Below, piece after piece: positions 10,601 to 21,045 of a stretch of DNA of 64,000 bases; within the stretch, counting starts at the first letter, position 1, and each line of letters opens with the position of its first letter. The notes beneath the pieces were generated by a model. It ran no database searches. It had not been told where the DNA came from and was given only the letters and a program-made list of their open reading frames with translations. The stretch covers positions 2,816,001 through 2,880,000 of the forward strand of contig OY970178.1 of assembly GCA_963707915.1 (NCBI GenBank). The letters run 5' to 3'. A program made the position numbers and the translations under genes. Source of the stretch: Candidatus Eiseniibacteriota bacterium. GTDB lineage: Bacteria; Eisenbacteria; RBG-16-71-46.

Positions 10601-10962
10601 GGCGAGGTGTGCGCCGGCGGGCGGCGCTCGAAGTCGAGCGCGTTGCGGAGCCGGGAGCGGACCTCGGGGAAGCGCTCCTCGATGCGCTCGAGGTAGGTGT
10701 CGAACGAAGGCCGGGCACGCAGGAAGCCCGCCGCCGCGAGGACCAGGGCCACCGCGCCGGCGCCCGCCACGGCGAGCAGGCGCGCCCAGGCGAGCGGCTC
10801 CCCCGTGGGCCACGCCACGCCGAGCGCCACGGCCAGTGTGACGAGGGCGGCGACGCGTCCCGCGGCCCGCAACCCGTGACGCAGCGTCAGCGACCGCTGC
10901 AGCGCGGCGTAGTGGCGGGCGACGGATCTCTCGAGGGTGTCGTCGGGCACGCGGTGGGTCAT
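7654..10962 (-). CDS. DUF4175-like large membrane-anchored coiled-coil protein
   Basis: N-terminal TM helices, ERFPE...LRNAL, Ig-like region with PPAY, D.PP and DDLGL motifs, long Q/E/L coiled coil, C-terminal ILSRMLDAQRS...YP..YR..I..Y. Confidence 0.8.
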   Translation of the reverse strand: MTHRVPDDTLERSVARHYAALQRSLTLRHGLRAAGRVAALVTLAVALGVAWPTGEPLAWARLLAVAGAGAVALVLAAAGFLRARPSFDTYLERIEERFPEVRSRLRNALDFERRPPAHTSPELARALGEETSRRLAEVPLAALRPALEARRPLATMGIALAVVAALGLAFPARTGRSWHTLLDPRAAAPPVRLEVEPGSVTVTPGTALAVRARVWGTAARPRLLRGGPALDPTPEGVGAGGERSWRFDLTQLTRAIDYRVRVAGIESPRYRVTLAGIPQPTSFEIEIRPPAYARLPVQRGAATRGDLTALRGSRALVEVLFDRDLAALEAAAPGEPARPWRALNPRRWHGEITIRRPGEYELRARAGAPGGGPAGEGRFRYPIQPLADAPPILTVRVPEGDLDLPGGQQVPYEVLGQDDLGLTELRLQVRRDADARWTDLTLARFAGGPREARVAARWDAAPLALLPGQGASFRFQLFDDAEGGRGVATSATYRLRFPSLGELYQDLEHGQETVQGALEKVADRAQELQKSLDKLARQAPAPATGSPRSFERQEEVKSALDRQQDLSRQIDEASRQLREGLQQATERRAFDEQLTRKLRELAQVMDQIQSQEFKDAMRRLQEALENTPRRPPEPGLQDWRQQNELLLKNLERTLELLKRLRQEERLQALAQRAAELKARQDALNQETERKADAQAQAEEQRQAAAETERLAGEAQQLGQQMSEPQAQSGLKEAAQELEQEAAPAQREAAQARAENQQARAGTSGQRASRSLQRASDQLGRLSNALQQQRQQVDLAAVRRSAQDLVSLQRAVEAGLGPNNSPASERADRQTDLSEGAARVADSLATLGKKSPFITPKLSEALGRAINSLQQSGTKFGQSDRAGGEGAARAGASALVEAVLQLRQTESSMCQTPGQGQQPGGTLPARMDQLGNQQAELNGRTRTLGQRLTEQARLTGGDQEELRRLAQEQARIHDELRRIEQEDRQRRQLLGRLDQTAEEMKQVEEALREGRLGDEVEQQQQHILSRMLDAQRSINRQDFEPRRESRPGEDAAREAPAALPAELLRESDRLRLDLLKAQADRYPSQYRAFIETYLRALNRGSSR

Positions 10963-10987
10963 CGTGGTCGGGCCGGCCCGGGGTGGG

Positions 10988-11680
10988 TCAATGCGTCAGG
11001 ACGTAGTGGACGAGGTTCAGGGACATGCGCAGCGCGGCCTCGCGCTTCTCGGGCGGATCGTTGTGGATCTCGGGGTCCTCGAGGCCGTCCCCGAGGTCCG
11101 TGTCGAACGAGTAGAAGACGACCAGCCGGCCGTCCTGGAAGACGCCGTAGGCCCGCGCGGGGCCGCCGTCGTGCTCGTGGATCTTCGGCAGGCCGGCCGG
11201 GAAATCGTAGAACCCGTGGAAGACCGCGTGCGAGAAGGGCAACTCGACCAGCGGTGCGCCGGGGAACACCAGTTGGATCGCCTTCCGGAACGACGGGTCG
11301 ATGCCGAAGTCGTCGTCCACCCACAGGAAGCCGCCGGTCGTGAGGTAGCGGCGCAGGTTGGCGGCCTCGGTGGGCGTGAGCTTGAGGTTGCCGTGCCCGC
11401 ACGCGTAGACGAACGGGTACTGGAAGAGCGCGGCCGAGCCGGGCTCGACCACCGCCTCCTTCGTGCCCGCCGCGGGGATCGAGAGACGTTCCTGCGCGGC
11501 CCTCATCAGGTTCGCGAGCGAGGTGCGGTTCTCGTACCAGTCGCCGCCGCCGCCGTACTTGAGCCGGGCGATGCCGAAGGCGCGCGCGCCCGGCTCGGTG
11601 GGCGCGTCGCTCGCGCCGCGCGCGGTCGCGGTGCCTGCGCAAGCGGCGGCCAGGACGAGCAGGGCGGTGATGAGCTTCAC
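10988..11680 (-). CDS. DUF4159 domain-containing exported protein
   Basis: IARLKYGGGGDWY, YPFVY..GHGN, LRRYL..GGFL..DD, GLPKIHEHDG, DLGDG; GGAGA RBS before GTG 11680. Confidence 0.9.
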   Translation of the reverse strand: MKLITALLVLAAACAGTATARGASDAPTEPGARAFGIARLKYGGGGDWYENRTSLANLMRAAQERLSIPAAGTKEAVVEPGSAALFQYPFVYACGHGNLKLTPTEAANLRRYLTTGGFLWVDDDFGIDPSFRKAIQLVFPGAPLVELPFSHAVFHGFYDFPAGLPKIHEHDGGPARAYGVFQDGRLVVFYSFDTDLGDGLEDPEIHNDPPEKREAALRMSLNLVHYVLTH

Positions 11681-11763
11681 GGGTGGTGGTTCTCCAGGGG
11701 CATCTCGCGGGGGGCGCCCTTCCTGATGATACACGCGCCGGGCCGGGTCTGCCGAAGCGCACG

Positions 11764-11798
11764 ACGAAGGCCCGGACCACCGGGGTCCGGGCCTTCGT
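11764..11798 (-). terminator. Hairpin after the lipoprotein gene (probable terminator)
   Basis: Perfect 15-bp stem acgaaggcccggacc / ggtccgggccttcgt. Confidence 0.55.
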
Positions 11799-11825
11799 GC
11801 CGGGCGGGCCGAGGAGACCCCGGCG

Positions 11826-12887
11826 TCAGCGGCCGGCGAGCTTGATCCCGGCCCGCAGGGCCCGGTTCAGCGGGTCCACGCGCGCTCGCGCCGGGGCGGC
11901 GACTTCGATGAAGCGGAGCGGTTCGGACGTCGCCAGGCTCCCGGCCGGGGGCGCCTGCGCCAGGTAGGCCCCGCCCTGGAAGAGGCGCGCGTAGCCGTCC
12001 GGCGCGCTCGCTTCGAAGAGCGACCCGTAGGAGTAGGCGATCAGCCGTCCCCGCGAATCCACCGCGCTGGCGCGCATCAGGTACACCCCCAGCGGGACGA
12101 ACGGGAGATCCACCAGGACCTTCGCGTTCGCGGCGTCGATGCCCTCCGCGTTGATGGGCAGCCAGGCGACCAGGTAGTCGCGCTGGTCCTGGGTCGCGTA
12201 GGGCGCGGGGGCGGCGTTGTGGATGGCCGCGTTCTCGTCGCCGGTCCTCATCGCGTAGACCTGCAGGATGTACGCGACCGCGCTGTCCACGTGCGAGAAG
12301 CCGAAGGTCCTGAGGTGGTCCGGAGTGCCTACCAGCAGGTCTTGCACCTCGGCCTCGTGGTTGATGGCCACGTTGGTCAGCGGGGTGGTGGGGGTGTTGG
12401 TCCCGGACACCAGCCCCCGGCCGAGATAGGTCGGCGGATCGAAGCCCGAGGGACGCGGGTCCTGCCAGGTGAACAGCTTCCAGCCCGAATGGGCGAAGCG
12501 CTGCGAGGGGCTCAGCGCGTAGTCCGACAGCGGCGCGTAGCCGCCGTTGAGCTCGCGACGGAGGATCTCGTAGCTGTTCGCCGCCGTCCCGTCGAAGATC
12601 ATCCCCCGGGTGACGCCCGGACCCGCGGGGTAGATGGAAGTCGTCGAGACCAGCGTGTCGACGCACTCGTCGCAGTTGCCGGCCTTCAGCTTGACGAGGT
12701 ACATCGTGGTGGGAAGGTCGGGCTGGACGATCTGCCGGGCGCCGGCGTCCACCCGGCCTTCCGGGGAGGTGTAGCTGGGGTCGAAACTGGTGAGCTTCTT
12801 GGTGCAGCCGGCCATCGCCAGCGCCACCACGGCGACGGCGACGAGCGAGGCGATGCTGCGCAGCGGACCTCGGGGACCGTTCATCAT
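11826..12887 (-). CDS. Hypothetical lipoprotein
   Basis: 3' part of ORF 11826..13727; signal peptide with lipobox-like AMAG-C; CDEC motif; beta-rich sequence; no family recognised. Confidence 0.7.
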   Translation of the reverse strand: MMNGPRGPLRSIASLVAVAVVALAMAGCTKKLTSFDPSYTSPEGRVDAGARQIVQPDLPTTMYLVKLKAGNCDECVDTLVSTTSIYPAGPGVTRGMIFDGTAANSYEILRRELNGGYAPLSDYALSPSQRFAHSGWKLFTWQDPRPSGFDPPTYLGRGLVSGTNTPTTPLTNVAINHEAEVQDLLVGTPDHLRTFGFSHVDSAVAYILQVYAMRTGDENAAIHNAAPAPYATQDQRDYLVAWLPINAEGIDAANAKVLVDLPFVPLGVYLMRASAVDSRGRLIAYSYGSLFEASAPDGYARLFQGGAYLAQAPPAGSLATSEPLRFIEVAAPARARVDPLNRALRAGIKLAGR

Positions 12888-12907
12888 GAGCCTCTTGAGC
12901 CTTTCGC

Positions 12908-13822
12908 CTACTCGGCCTGAACTCCCTTGCGGCGCTCGAGCAGGATCCAGATGTCGAGCGCCAGTGCGCTGGCCACGTAAACCGAGGAATACGTCCCGAA
13001 CGCCACGCCGATCAGCATCGCGAACGAGAAGTCGCGGAGCACCTCGCCGCCCCAGATGAACAGCCCGAGCGCCGCCAGGAACACGGTGAGCGCGGTGATC
13101 ACGGTGCGCGACAGGGTCTCGTTGACCGCGATGTCCATGGCCCGGGAGTGCTTCTCCTTGCGGAGCGCCCGGGAGCGCTCGCGGATGCGATCGAACACGA
13201 CGATGGTGTCGTTGATGGAATAGCCGGCGATGGTGAGCAGGGCCGCGACCACCGTCAGGGACACCTCGCGCCCGGTGAAGCACAGGAACCCCAGGACGAT
13301 GAACACGTCGTGGAACAGTGCCACCACGGCGCCGAAGGCGAACTTGAACTCGTAGCGGATGCCCACGTAGAGGAGGATCCCGCCCAGGCTCCAGAGCACC
13401 GCCCAGATGGCCTTGTGCCGCAGCTCGTTGCCGACCTTCGGCCCGACCGACTCCTGGCGGCGCAACTCGGCGGTGACCCCGGGGAAGCGGGCCGCGATGG
13501 CCTGCTGGATCACGGGGAACGGGCTCTGGTTGTCGCTCCGGAAGCGGATCAGGAACTCGTCCCGGTTCTGCCCGGTCATCTGCTGGAGCTCCACGCCGCG
13601 GAAGTCGGCGGCGTCGAGGGTCCGGCGCACGTCGTCGGCCGCCAGCACGCGGCTGGTGCGGACCTGGAGCACGGAACCGCCCGTGAAGTCGACGCTCAGA
13701 CGTGGCCCGCCGTGCAGGAGCAGCCACGCGGTGGTCGAAGCCACCAGCACGGCGGAGAGCAGGTACGCGTAGCGCCGGTACTGCATGAAGGGGAAGTTGG
13801 TGCCGATCAGCATCTGAAGCAT
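12908..13822 (-). CDS. secF: Protein translocase subunit SecF
   Basis: VDFTGG, ESVGPKVG.EL, ALFHD, AALLTIAGYSINDTIVVFDRIRE, GTYSS motifs. Confidence 0.96.
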   Translation of the reverse strand: MLQMLIGTNFPFMQYRRYAYLLSAVLVASTTAWLLLHGGPRLSVDFTGGSVLQVRTSRVLAADDVRRTLDAADFRGVELQQMTGQNRDEFLIRFRSDNQSPFPVIQQAIAARFPGVTAELRRQESVGPKVGNELRHKAIWAVLWSLGGILLYVGIRYEFKFAFGAVVALFHDVFIVLGFLCFTGREVSLTVVAALLTIAGYSINDTIVVFDRIRERSRALRKEKHSRAMDIAVNETLSRTVITALTVFLAALGLFIWGGEVLRDFSFAMLIGVAFGTYSSVYVASALALDIWILLERRKGVQAE

Positions 13823-13844
13823 CGTCTTGCTCTCCTCGTGCCTG

Positions 13845-15416
<1,572 letters not shown>

Positions 15417-15522
15417 CGGATCCCTCAGGGCAGACAACGGCCGGCTCGCCGGGGCAGACCCAGGCATGGTGCAGGTGCCCCCCGCGGCGCCGCCGGCAGG
15501 CGCAAGACGCTAGGAGCATGCG

Positions 15523-15551
15523 AGTCTACGGGGCGGGGGGTGGAGTGTCAA
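15523..15551 (-). promoter_or_regulatory. Sigma70-type promoter for secD-secF
   Basis: Minus strand TTGACA (15551-15546), 17 nt, TAGACT (15528-15523). Confidence 0.75.
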
Positions 15552-15619
15552 CGAATCCGGGCCTGCGCGATCCCCGCACCGGTTGCGCGGCTTCCGCCGG
15601 CGTCCGGGCACGAATGTGC

Positions 15620-15929
15620 AGTCGACGGCGGGCGGGCGTCGTCGAGGGCCGGGACTGGGGCCGGTTGGCGGCCGGCCCCGGGGTGAATCGTTTCATCCTG
15701 GGAGGGACGGGGTGGGGAGTGGACGGCGGATGGAGAGGTGGGTTCCCGGTCCGGCGGCACCGCGCCCTTCCGCAAGAAGCGTTCCGCACCGCGAGGGGCG
15801 GTCGGGCCCCGCTCCGGACCCGGAACGTTCCACCCGCCCGTCCACGACACGTCACCAGCGTCCACGCCCCGACGCCGACGGGCACAAGCCCGCCGCGCCC
15901 GGATCGCGCCCTCCCGGGCGCGGTTTCTT
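15620..15929 (+). ncRNA. Candidate structured non-coding RNA, family unassigned
   Basis: Three small hairpins with G-U pairs on the + strand, an approximately 130-160-nt imperfect rod (15705-15863), and a terminal hairpin with a T-rich tail; no credible ORF. Confidence 0.35.
15892..15929 (+). terminator. Intrinsic terminator-like hairpin
   Basis: ccgcgcccgg ... ccgggcgcgg followed by tttctt. Confidence 0.5.
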
Positions 15930-15956
15930 GACACCCCTCGGGGCCGTTCCTATAGT
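15928..15956 (+). promoter_or_regulatory. Near-consensus sigma70 promoter
   Basis: TTGACA (15928-15933), 17 nt, TATAGT (15951-15956). Confidence 0.85.
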
Positions 15957-16022
15957 GTGCCGCTTGTCATACCGGGCCTCTTTCACCCCATCCCATTGCC
16001 CGGGATAAGGAGCCTCCATCGC

Positions 16023-16769
16023 ATGATTCCACGCATTCGTTGGGTGAGCTTCGCCGCGCTGGCGTTGCTCGCGATCGCCTCGGCATGCCTTGCGGCGGAC
16101 GGTGATCCGATCTACAAGCCCGGCCTCGGAGGGCTCGGCGCACAGCTCGGCGGCTCCTACTTCGGTGTCGATCGGATGGTGGGCGGCGAGTGGTTCGGGG
16201 ACTACTCGAAGCGGGCCGTGCCGCGATTCTCCTTCGCCGGGCAGTTCCGTTATGTCCGCAGCCGTCACTGGCGCTGGCAGGTGAGCCCGGGCTTCACCTG
16301 GGCCGCCTACAAGCCGGGCACGCTCCTTCCGACCACCGTGCCGGGGTCGCAGGAGGGCCGCGAGAAGGACAACGTCCTCGTGCTGCTGCAGCCGACCACG
16401 GCGCAGCTGCAACTCGTCACCCGGCGGGGCCGGTGGTTCTACCACGCCGGCGTGGGGCCGGGCCTCTACCGCGTGGTGGTCGAGAACAACCGCGCCGTCT
16501 ACTGGGACCCGGTCACGCTGCGGGCGCACCGCGGCCTGTACCCGGGCGCGTCGTTCGAGATCGGTTTCGAGCGCTTCCTCAAGTCGATCACGACGAGCAG
16601 CATCGAGATCACCTGGGTGAACCACCTGGTCTTCGCGCAGCGCGACGAACAGTTCCGGAGCGGCTACAACAGCAACCTGATGGCGACGGAACTGCGGGTA
16701 GGACTCAACTACTACTTCGACCCGCTGAGGCAGAAGAAGCAGGGCATCGAGATCCCCGAGGTCAAGTGA
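16023..16769 (+). CDS. Hypothetical exported protein, probable outer-membrane beta-barrel
   Basis: AAGGAG RBS; signal peptide; alternating aromatic/Gly strands ending [10 protein letters not shown]. Confidence 0.7.
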   Translation: MIPRIRWVSFAALALLAIASACLAADGDPIYKPGLGGLGAQLGGSYFGVDRMVGGEWFGDYSKRAVPRFSFAGQFRYVRSRHWRWQVSPGFTWAAYKPGTLLPTTVPGSQEGREKDNVLVLLQPTTAQLQLVTRRGRWFYHAGVGPGLYRVVVENNRAVYWDPVTLRAHRGLYPGASFEIGFERFLKSITTSSIEITWVNHLVFAQRDEQFRSGYNSNLMATELRVGLNYYFDPLRQKKQGIEIPEVK

Positions 16770-16841
16770 GCCTGCCGGTGGCCGCGGCGCGACGTCCTCG
16801 CCGCGGCTCCCGGGCCCGTCGTCGTCCCCGGAGTCGGCGCC

Positions 16842-18080
16842 ATGACTGACCGGGTCCGCTGGGAGGACAAGGTGGGCCGCGACGCGCTCGCCTTCGACGA
16901 CGTCCTGCTGGTGCCCGCGTACTCCGCCGTCCACCCGCGTGACGTGGACGTGCGCACGCGCTTCTCCCGCCGCATCGCGCTGAACCTCCCGCTGGTCAGC
17001 TCGGCCATGGACACGGTCACCGAGTCCGAACTGGCCATCGCGCTGGCACGCGAGGGCGGCCTCGGGGTGATCCACAAGAACCTCGCCATCGCCGGGCAGT
17101 GCGCGCAGGTGGAGCGCGTGAAGCGGGCGGAGAGCGGCGCGGGCGACGGTCCGGCCGCGGCGCCGCCCGCGGTGGCCCCGGGCGGCGCGCGGGAGGTGCC
17201 GGAGGGCCGTCGCCCCGGGCACCTCCTCCACCCGCTGGCCTGCACGGATGCGCTCGGCCGCTTGCGCGTGGCCGCGGCGCTCGGCGCGGGCGGCGACGTC
17301 CTCGAGCGCGCCGCCGAACTGGTGCGCGCGGGCGTGGACGCGCTGGTGCTGGACAGCGCGCACGCCCACTCGAGCGGTGTCATGCAGGCCGCGGTCGCGG
17401 TGCGCGCCCGCTTCCCCGACGTGGACCTGGTGGTCGGCAACGTCGGCACGTTCGAGGGGGCGCGGGCGGTCGCCGACCTGGGCGCGGACGCCGTCAAGGT
17501 CGGCATGGGGCCGGGCGCGATCTGCACCACCCGGGTGGTCAGCGGCGCGGGCATGGCCCAGGTCACCGCGGTGCTCGACGCGGCGCGGGCGCTCGAGGGC
17601 CGCGACGTGCCGATCATCGCCGACGGCGGTGTCCGGTTCTCCGGCGACGTCGTCAAGGCCCTGGCCGCCGGTGCGCACTCGGTCATGATCGGCAGCCTGT
17701 TCGCGGGGACGGCGGAGAGCCCCGGCGAGACCGTGCTGCTGGAGGGGCGTGCCTGGAAGGTGTACCGGGGGATGGGCTCGCTGCCGGCCATGGCCGCCGC
17801 GAAGGGCAGCCGCGAGCGCTACTTCCAGGACGACACCGACGAGCCGGCGAAGCTCGTGCCCGAGGGCATCGAGGCGCGCGTGCCCTTCCGGGGCCCGCTG
17901 GGGCCCGTGGTGTTCCAGTTGCTGGGCGGCCTCCGCGCCGGCATGGGCTACTGCGGCGTGGTCGGCATCGAGGAGCTGCGCACCCGGACGCGCTTCGTGC
18001 GCGTCTCGCCGGCCGCGCTGCGCGAGAGCCACCCGCACGACGTCACCGTCACCCGCGAAGCGCCCAACTACGGCGGGTAG
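16842..18080 (+). CDS. guaB: IMP dehydrogenase family protein lacking the CBS subdomain
   Basis: [27 protein letters not shown], catalytic [38 protein letters not shown]. Confidence 0.88.
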   Translation: MTDRVRWEDKVGRDALAFDDVLLVPAYSAVHPRDVDVRTRFSRRIALNLPLVSSAMDTVTESELAIALAREGGLGVIHKNLAIAGQCAQVERVKRAESGAGDGPAAAPPAVAPGGAREVPEGRRPGHLLHPLACTDALGRLRVAAALGAGGDVLERAAELVRAGVDALVLDSAHAHSSGVMQAAVAVRARFPDVDLVVGNVGTFEGARAVADLGADAVKVGMGPGAICTTRVVSGAGMAQVTAVLDAARALEGRDVPIIADGGVRFSGDVVKALAAGAHSVMIGSLFAGTAESPGETVLLEGRAWKVYRGMGSLPAMAAAKGSRERYFQDDTDEPAKLVPEGIEARVPFRGPLGPVVFQLLGGLRAGMGYCGVVGIEELRTRTRFVRVSPAALRESHPHDVTVTREAPNYGG

Positions 18081-18124
18081 GGCCGGCGGGCCGCTCCCGC
18101 GCCCGCTCCGGCCCCCGGACGATT

Positions 18125-18157
18125 CCGGGCCCCGGAGCTTCGGTCTCCGGGGCCCGG
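18125..18157. terminator. Hairpin between convergent genes
   Basis: Perfect 13-bp stem ccgggccccggag / ctccggggcccgg. Confidence 0.6.
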
Positions 18158-18199
18158 TGCTTGCGCCGCGACTGGACGACCCGGCGCGTGACTCTCGGG

Positions 18200-18970
18200 C
18201 TACGCCTGCTTTGGCAACTCGAAGTGGAAGTCGGGATTCAGCTGGCGGATCTCGTTCACCAGGCGCTCGAGGCTCTCCACGGTCTCGGCATCCGGGCGGA
18301 CCTTCCAGGCCGAGTACAGCTCGAGCAGCTCGTCCTGCTTGGTGCGCAGCAGCAGCTGCATCGCGGCCTCGTTCGCGGTGCGCTCGAGGTGGTAGACCTC
18401 GCCCTGGGCCAGCCGCTTCGACAGGTCGAGCGGCTCGCCGCGCATGTGCGAGAGGATCTTCAGGTAGCGGTCGAAGCCCACCGAGAGCTTCTCGATCACC
18501 TCGGCCACGCCCGCGTTCCTGCGGTGCATCTGCTGGCTGTAGGTATAGGCGAAGTGATAGTAGGTCCTGCCCCGCCCGACGTAGGCCTCCTCGCTGGGCT
18601 GGGCGTTGGTCCGGGACCTCGCCGGCGGGTCCGGGTTGTCGAAGATGCCGGTCGAGACCAGCAGGAAGTCGGCGTCGGTCTTGTGGATGACGTAGCGCAG
18701 TCGCGCGTCGGACGACCGGGCGAACCGGCGAAACACGTCCACGTCGTAGCGCGACAGGAACTTGTTCGACGGCTCGACGTGCTCGGGGCTGATGAAGGCG
18801 TGGAGCAGGTGCGAGAGGTAGGCGTCCACGTCCTCGTCACGGGACTCGGGGCTCGTGACCATGCCGGCCGCGATCCGGCTGTAGAGCAGGCAGTTGATCG
18901 TGAAGTGGTAGGTCGGCTGGAGGTCGCGGCGGGTCTCCTTGATGTTCTGCACGTCGTGCCGAGGATCCAT
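18200..18970 (-). CDS. Conserved hypothetical cytoplasmic protein
   Basis: Coding-like composition; GGAGGG before ATG 18970; motifs D..VDAYL..LL, ADFLL..TGIF, Y.GRG..YY..A; function unknown. Confidence 0.8.
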   Translation of the reverse strand: MDPRHDVQNIKETRRDLQPTYHFTINCLLYSRIAAGMVTSPESRDEDVDAYLSHLLHAFISPEHVEPSNKFLSRYDVDVFRRFARSSDARLRYVIHKTDADFLLVSTGIFDNPDPPARSRTNAQPSEEAYVGRGRTYYHFAYTYSQQMHRRNAGVAEVIEKLSVGFDRYLKILSHMRGEPLDLSKRLAQGEVYHLERTANEAAMQLLLRTKQDELLELYSAWKVRPDAETVESLERLVNEIRQLNPDFHFELPKQA

Positions 18971-19497
18971 GCCGCCCCCCTCCAAGCTGCCGCGTCCGAT
19001 TCGGCGCGGTCGCCCACCCGCTCCGACCCGTGTCTCCATCGGATGGACTCCTGCATCCGCCATGCCATCCGGGGCCTTCGTCCCCTTGGATGCTCCTGCT
19101 TGGGTCTGCGACATCGCATCGGTCGCGGGGGTGGTCCGGAGGCTCCGTTCCCCGTGTGATTTGGCTCACGGGGGTGCCCGGAATGGGGGTTCTGGCGCGG
19201 CTGGCGGGGATTCCGGGGCCGCGGCGCGCGCGCGGGCGCTGCAATGGCCGCGCTCTTCGACCATGCAATCTCTACGCTCCGGCCAGGCGCGACGTCGCCC
19301 CGGCGTGGTCCGGACCCGGCTCAGCCGCAGGGGGATAAGCCGCCTCCCGGCCCGGGTCCGGGGCCGTGCGTAGTGCAACGTCGCCACTCCCGCGGTGGCC
19401 CTGCCTCACCGGGCCGGCCCCGGCGGGGACGAACCCGCTTCGGGGCATGTCACTTGCGAGTGCCCGGCATGTGACCCAGCATCCCGCTTCCACTTCC

Positions 19498-21045
19498 ATG
19501 CGCGATCCCCGAGCGGCTTCCGCCCCCGACGAGAGCGCCCACACCGCCGTGGTCCACCCCGGCGCCGGGCTCCGGCTGCGCCTGTGGCTCGCCTGCCTGC
19601 TGGGTGGTCTCGCCGGGGGCGGCGCGGTGATCGGCCTGTTCGCGTGGCTCTCGCCTCCCGACCCGCTCTTCGACCCGCTGGTCCTCGGCCTCTGGCCGTG
19701 GAGCGCCGCCGCCGCGTGCCTGTTCATCGCCGTGGGCCTGGGCCTCTGGCTCGACCACGGCATCGCCACCCACCTGCGCGGCGTGAGCCGCGCGCTCGAG
19801 GGCGGGGACCCGGCCGGGCTGGCCGCGCTGCCCGCCGCCCGGGGCTGGGGCGAGCTCTCGCTGCTGACGGCGCAGGTCCAGGGCCAGCTGGTGCGCCAGC
19901 AGGAGATGGTCCGCGCCGCGGCCGAGCTGGACGACCTGCGCCACCGCATCCGCGCGCTGCGCGCCGCGGTGGAGTTGCACGTGCCGGCGGAGCGGTCGGA
20001 GCCCGCGCGGGCGATCGAGGGGCCGCTCGGGCTGCTGATCGAGGCGCTCAACCGCCGTTGGGCCGAGGAGCAGCACGCGGGGGACCAGGGCCGCGAGGAT
20101 GCGCTCGGGCTGCGTCGCGAACTGACGATGGCGCTGCTGGACGCGCGCGAGTCGGCCGAGCTCGCCGAGCGCGGCTTCGTCGAGGGCACCGCGCTGCTCA
20201 CGACCGTCCGCGAGCTCCAGCGCCTGGGCGGCGAGCTCAGGCAGGAGCTGTCGTCGTCGCCGCCGCCGGCGGTGCCCGTGCCGGCGCTCGCCGAGGCGCA
20301 GCACCGCTACCGCGAGCTGGCCGCGGCCGCGATCGAGGAACTGGTGTCCGCATCCAACGAGAGCGTGGAGTTCCTGGCCACCGGGCTCGCCCGCGTGCAG
20401 GAGATCGGCGAACAGGTGCAGGTGCTCGCCAACCGGGCGACCCTGATCGCCCTCCACGTCGCGCTCTCGGACCCGGGCGGTCCCGGCCCGCGGCGCGAAG
20501 GCCTGTCGCGCGACCTGCAGAACCTCGCGGGCGAGGTGCGTGCCGTGACCGACCTGACGGCCGCGCGCCTCACCGCCATCGATCGCGAGGTCGAGGCGGC
20601 GGTGAGCCGCATGAAGGGGCTCCGCGAGCGCGTCGCCGCGAAGCTGGACGAGGCCCCGCCGCTGCCCGAGGCGGCCGGCGAGGCGGAGCGCCCCGCGCAG
20701 CCCAGCGAGCTGGCGCTGCGGCTGCTCGACCGCGTGCGCGAGATGGTCCAGGACGCGGCCAGCAAGGGCGAGCGGCTCTCGGCGGCGGGCGAGCGGGCCT
20801 CGCGCGCCGCCGAGCGCCTGGTGCGCCGGCTCGAGGAGGAGGAGGGCACGCTCGAGGGGCTGGCGATGCGGCTGGGTGCGACCACCGAGGACCTCCGCGA
20901 GGGCGGGGCGGCGCCCGGCCCGCGCCCGCCGTCGTCGGCGGTGGAGTCGCGCCCGGGCGACCTGCGACTGCTCGGGCCCGACTCCGCGAAGCCCCGGCCG
21001 GCGGAGCCCGCATCCGACGAGGACGACGCGGAGGAGCGGCGATGA
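19498..21045 (+). CDS. Degenerate methyl-accepting chemotaxis (MCP)-like membrane protein
   Basis: Two TM helices with a short loop, HAMP-like segment, long coiled coil with a diverged signalling hairpin (IGEQVQVLANRATLIALHVAL...LQNLAGEVRAVT). Start could be 19447. Confidence 0.65.
   Translation: MRDPRAASAPDESAHTAVVHPGAGLRLRLWLACLLGGLAGGGAVIGLFAWLSPPDPLFDPLVLGLWPWSAAAACLFIAVGLGLWLDHGIATHLRGVSRALEGGDPAGLAALPAARGWGELSLLTAQVQGQLVRQQEMVRAAAELDDLRHRIRALRAAVELHVPAERSEPARAIEGPLGLLIEALNRRWAEEQHAGDQGREDALGLRRELTMALLDARESAELAERGFVEGTALLTTVRELQRLGGELRQELSSSPPPAVPVPALAEAQHRYRELAAAAIEELVSASNESVEFLATGLARVQEIGEQVQVLANRATLIALHVALSDPGGPGPRREGLSRDLQNLAGEVRAVTDLTAARLTAIDREVEAAVSRMKGLRERVAAKLDEAPPLPEAAGEAERPAQPSELALRLLDRVREMVQDAASKGERLSAAGERASRAAERLVRRLEEEEGTLEGLAMRLGATTEDLREGGAAPGPRPPSSAVESRPGDLRLLGPDSAKPRPAEPASDEDDAEERR

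Noticed and set aside
7579..11343. Very long + strand ORF (1254 aa) and many similar overlapping ORFs across the window
   Set aside because: Antisense or alternate-frame shadows of real genes, caused by the scarcity of stop codons at very high GC; Arg/Ala/Pro-rich with no motifs.
15600..15622. Sigma54-like motif GGCACGAATGTGCA
   Set aside because: GG-to-GC spacing is one base short of the strict -24/-12 requirement.
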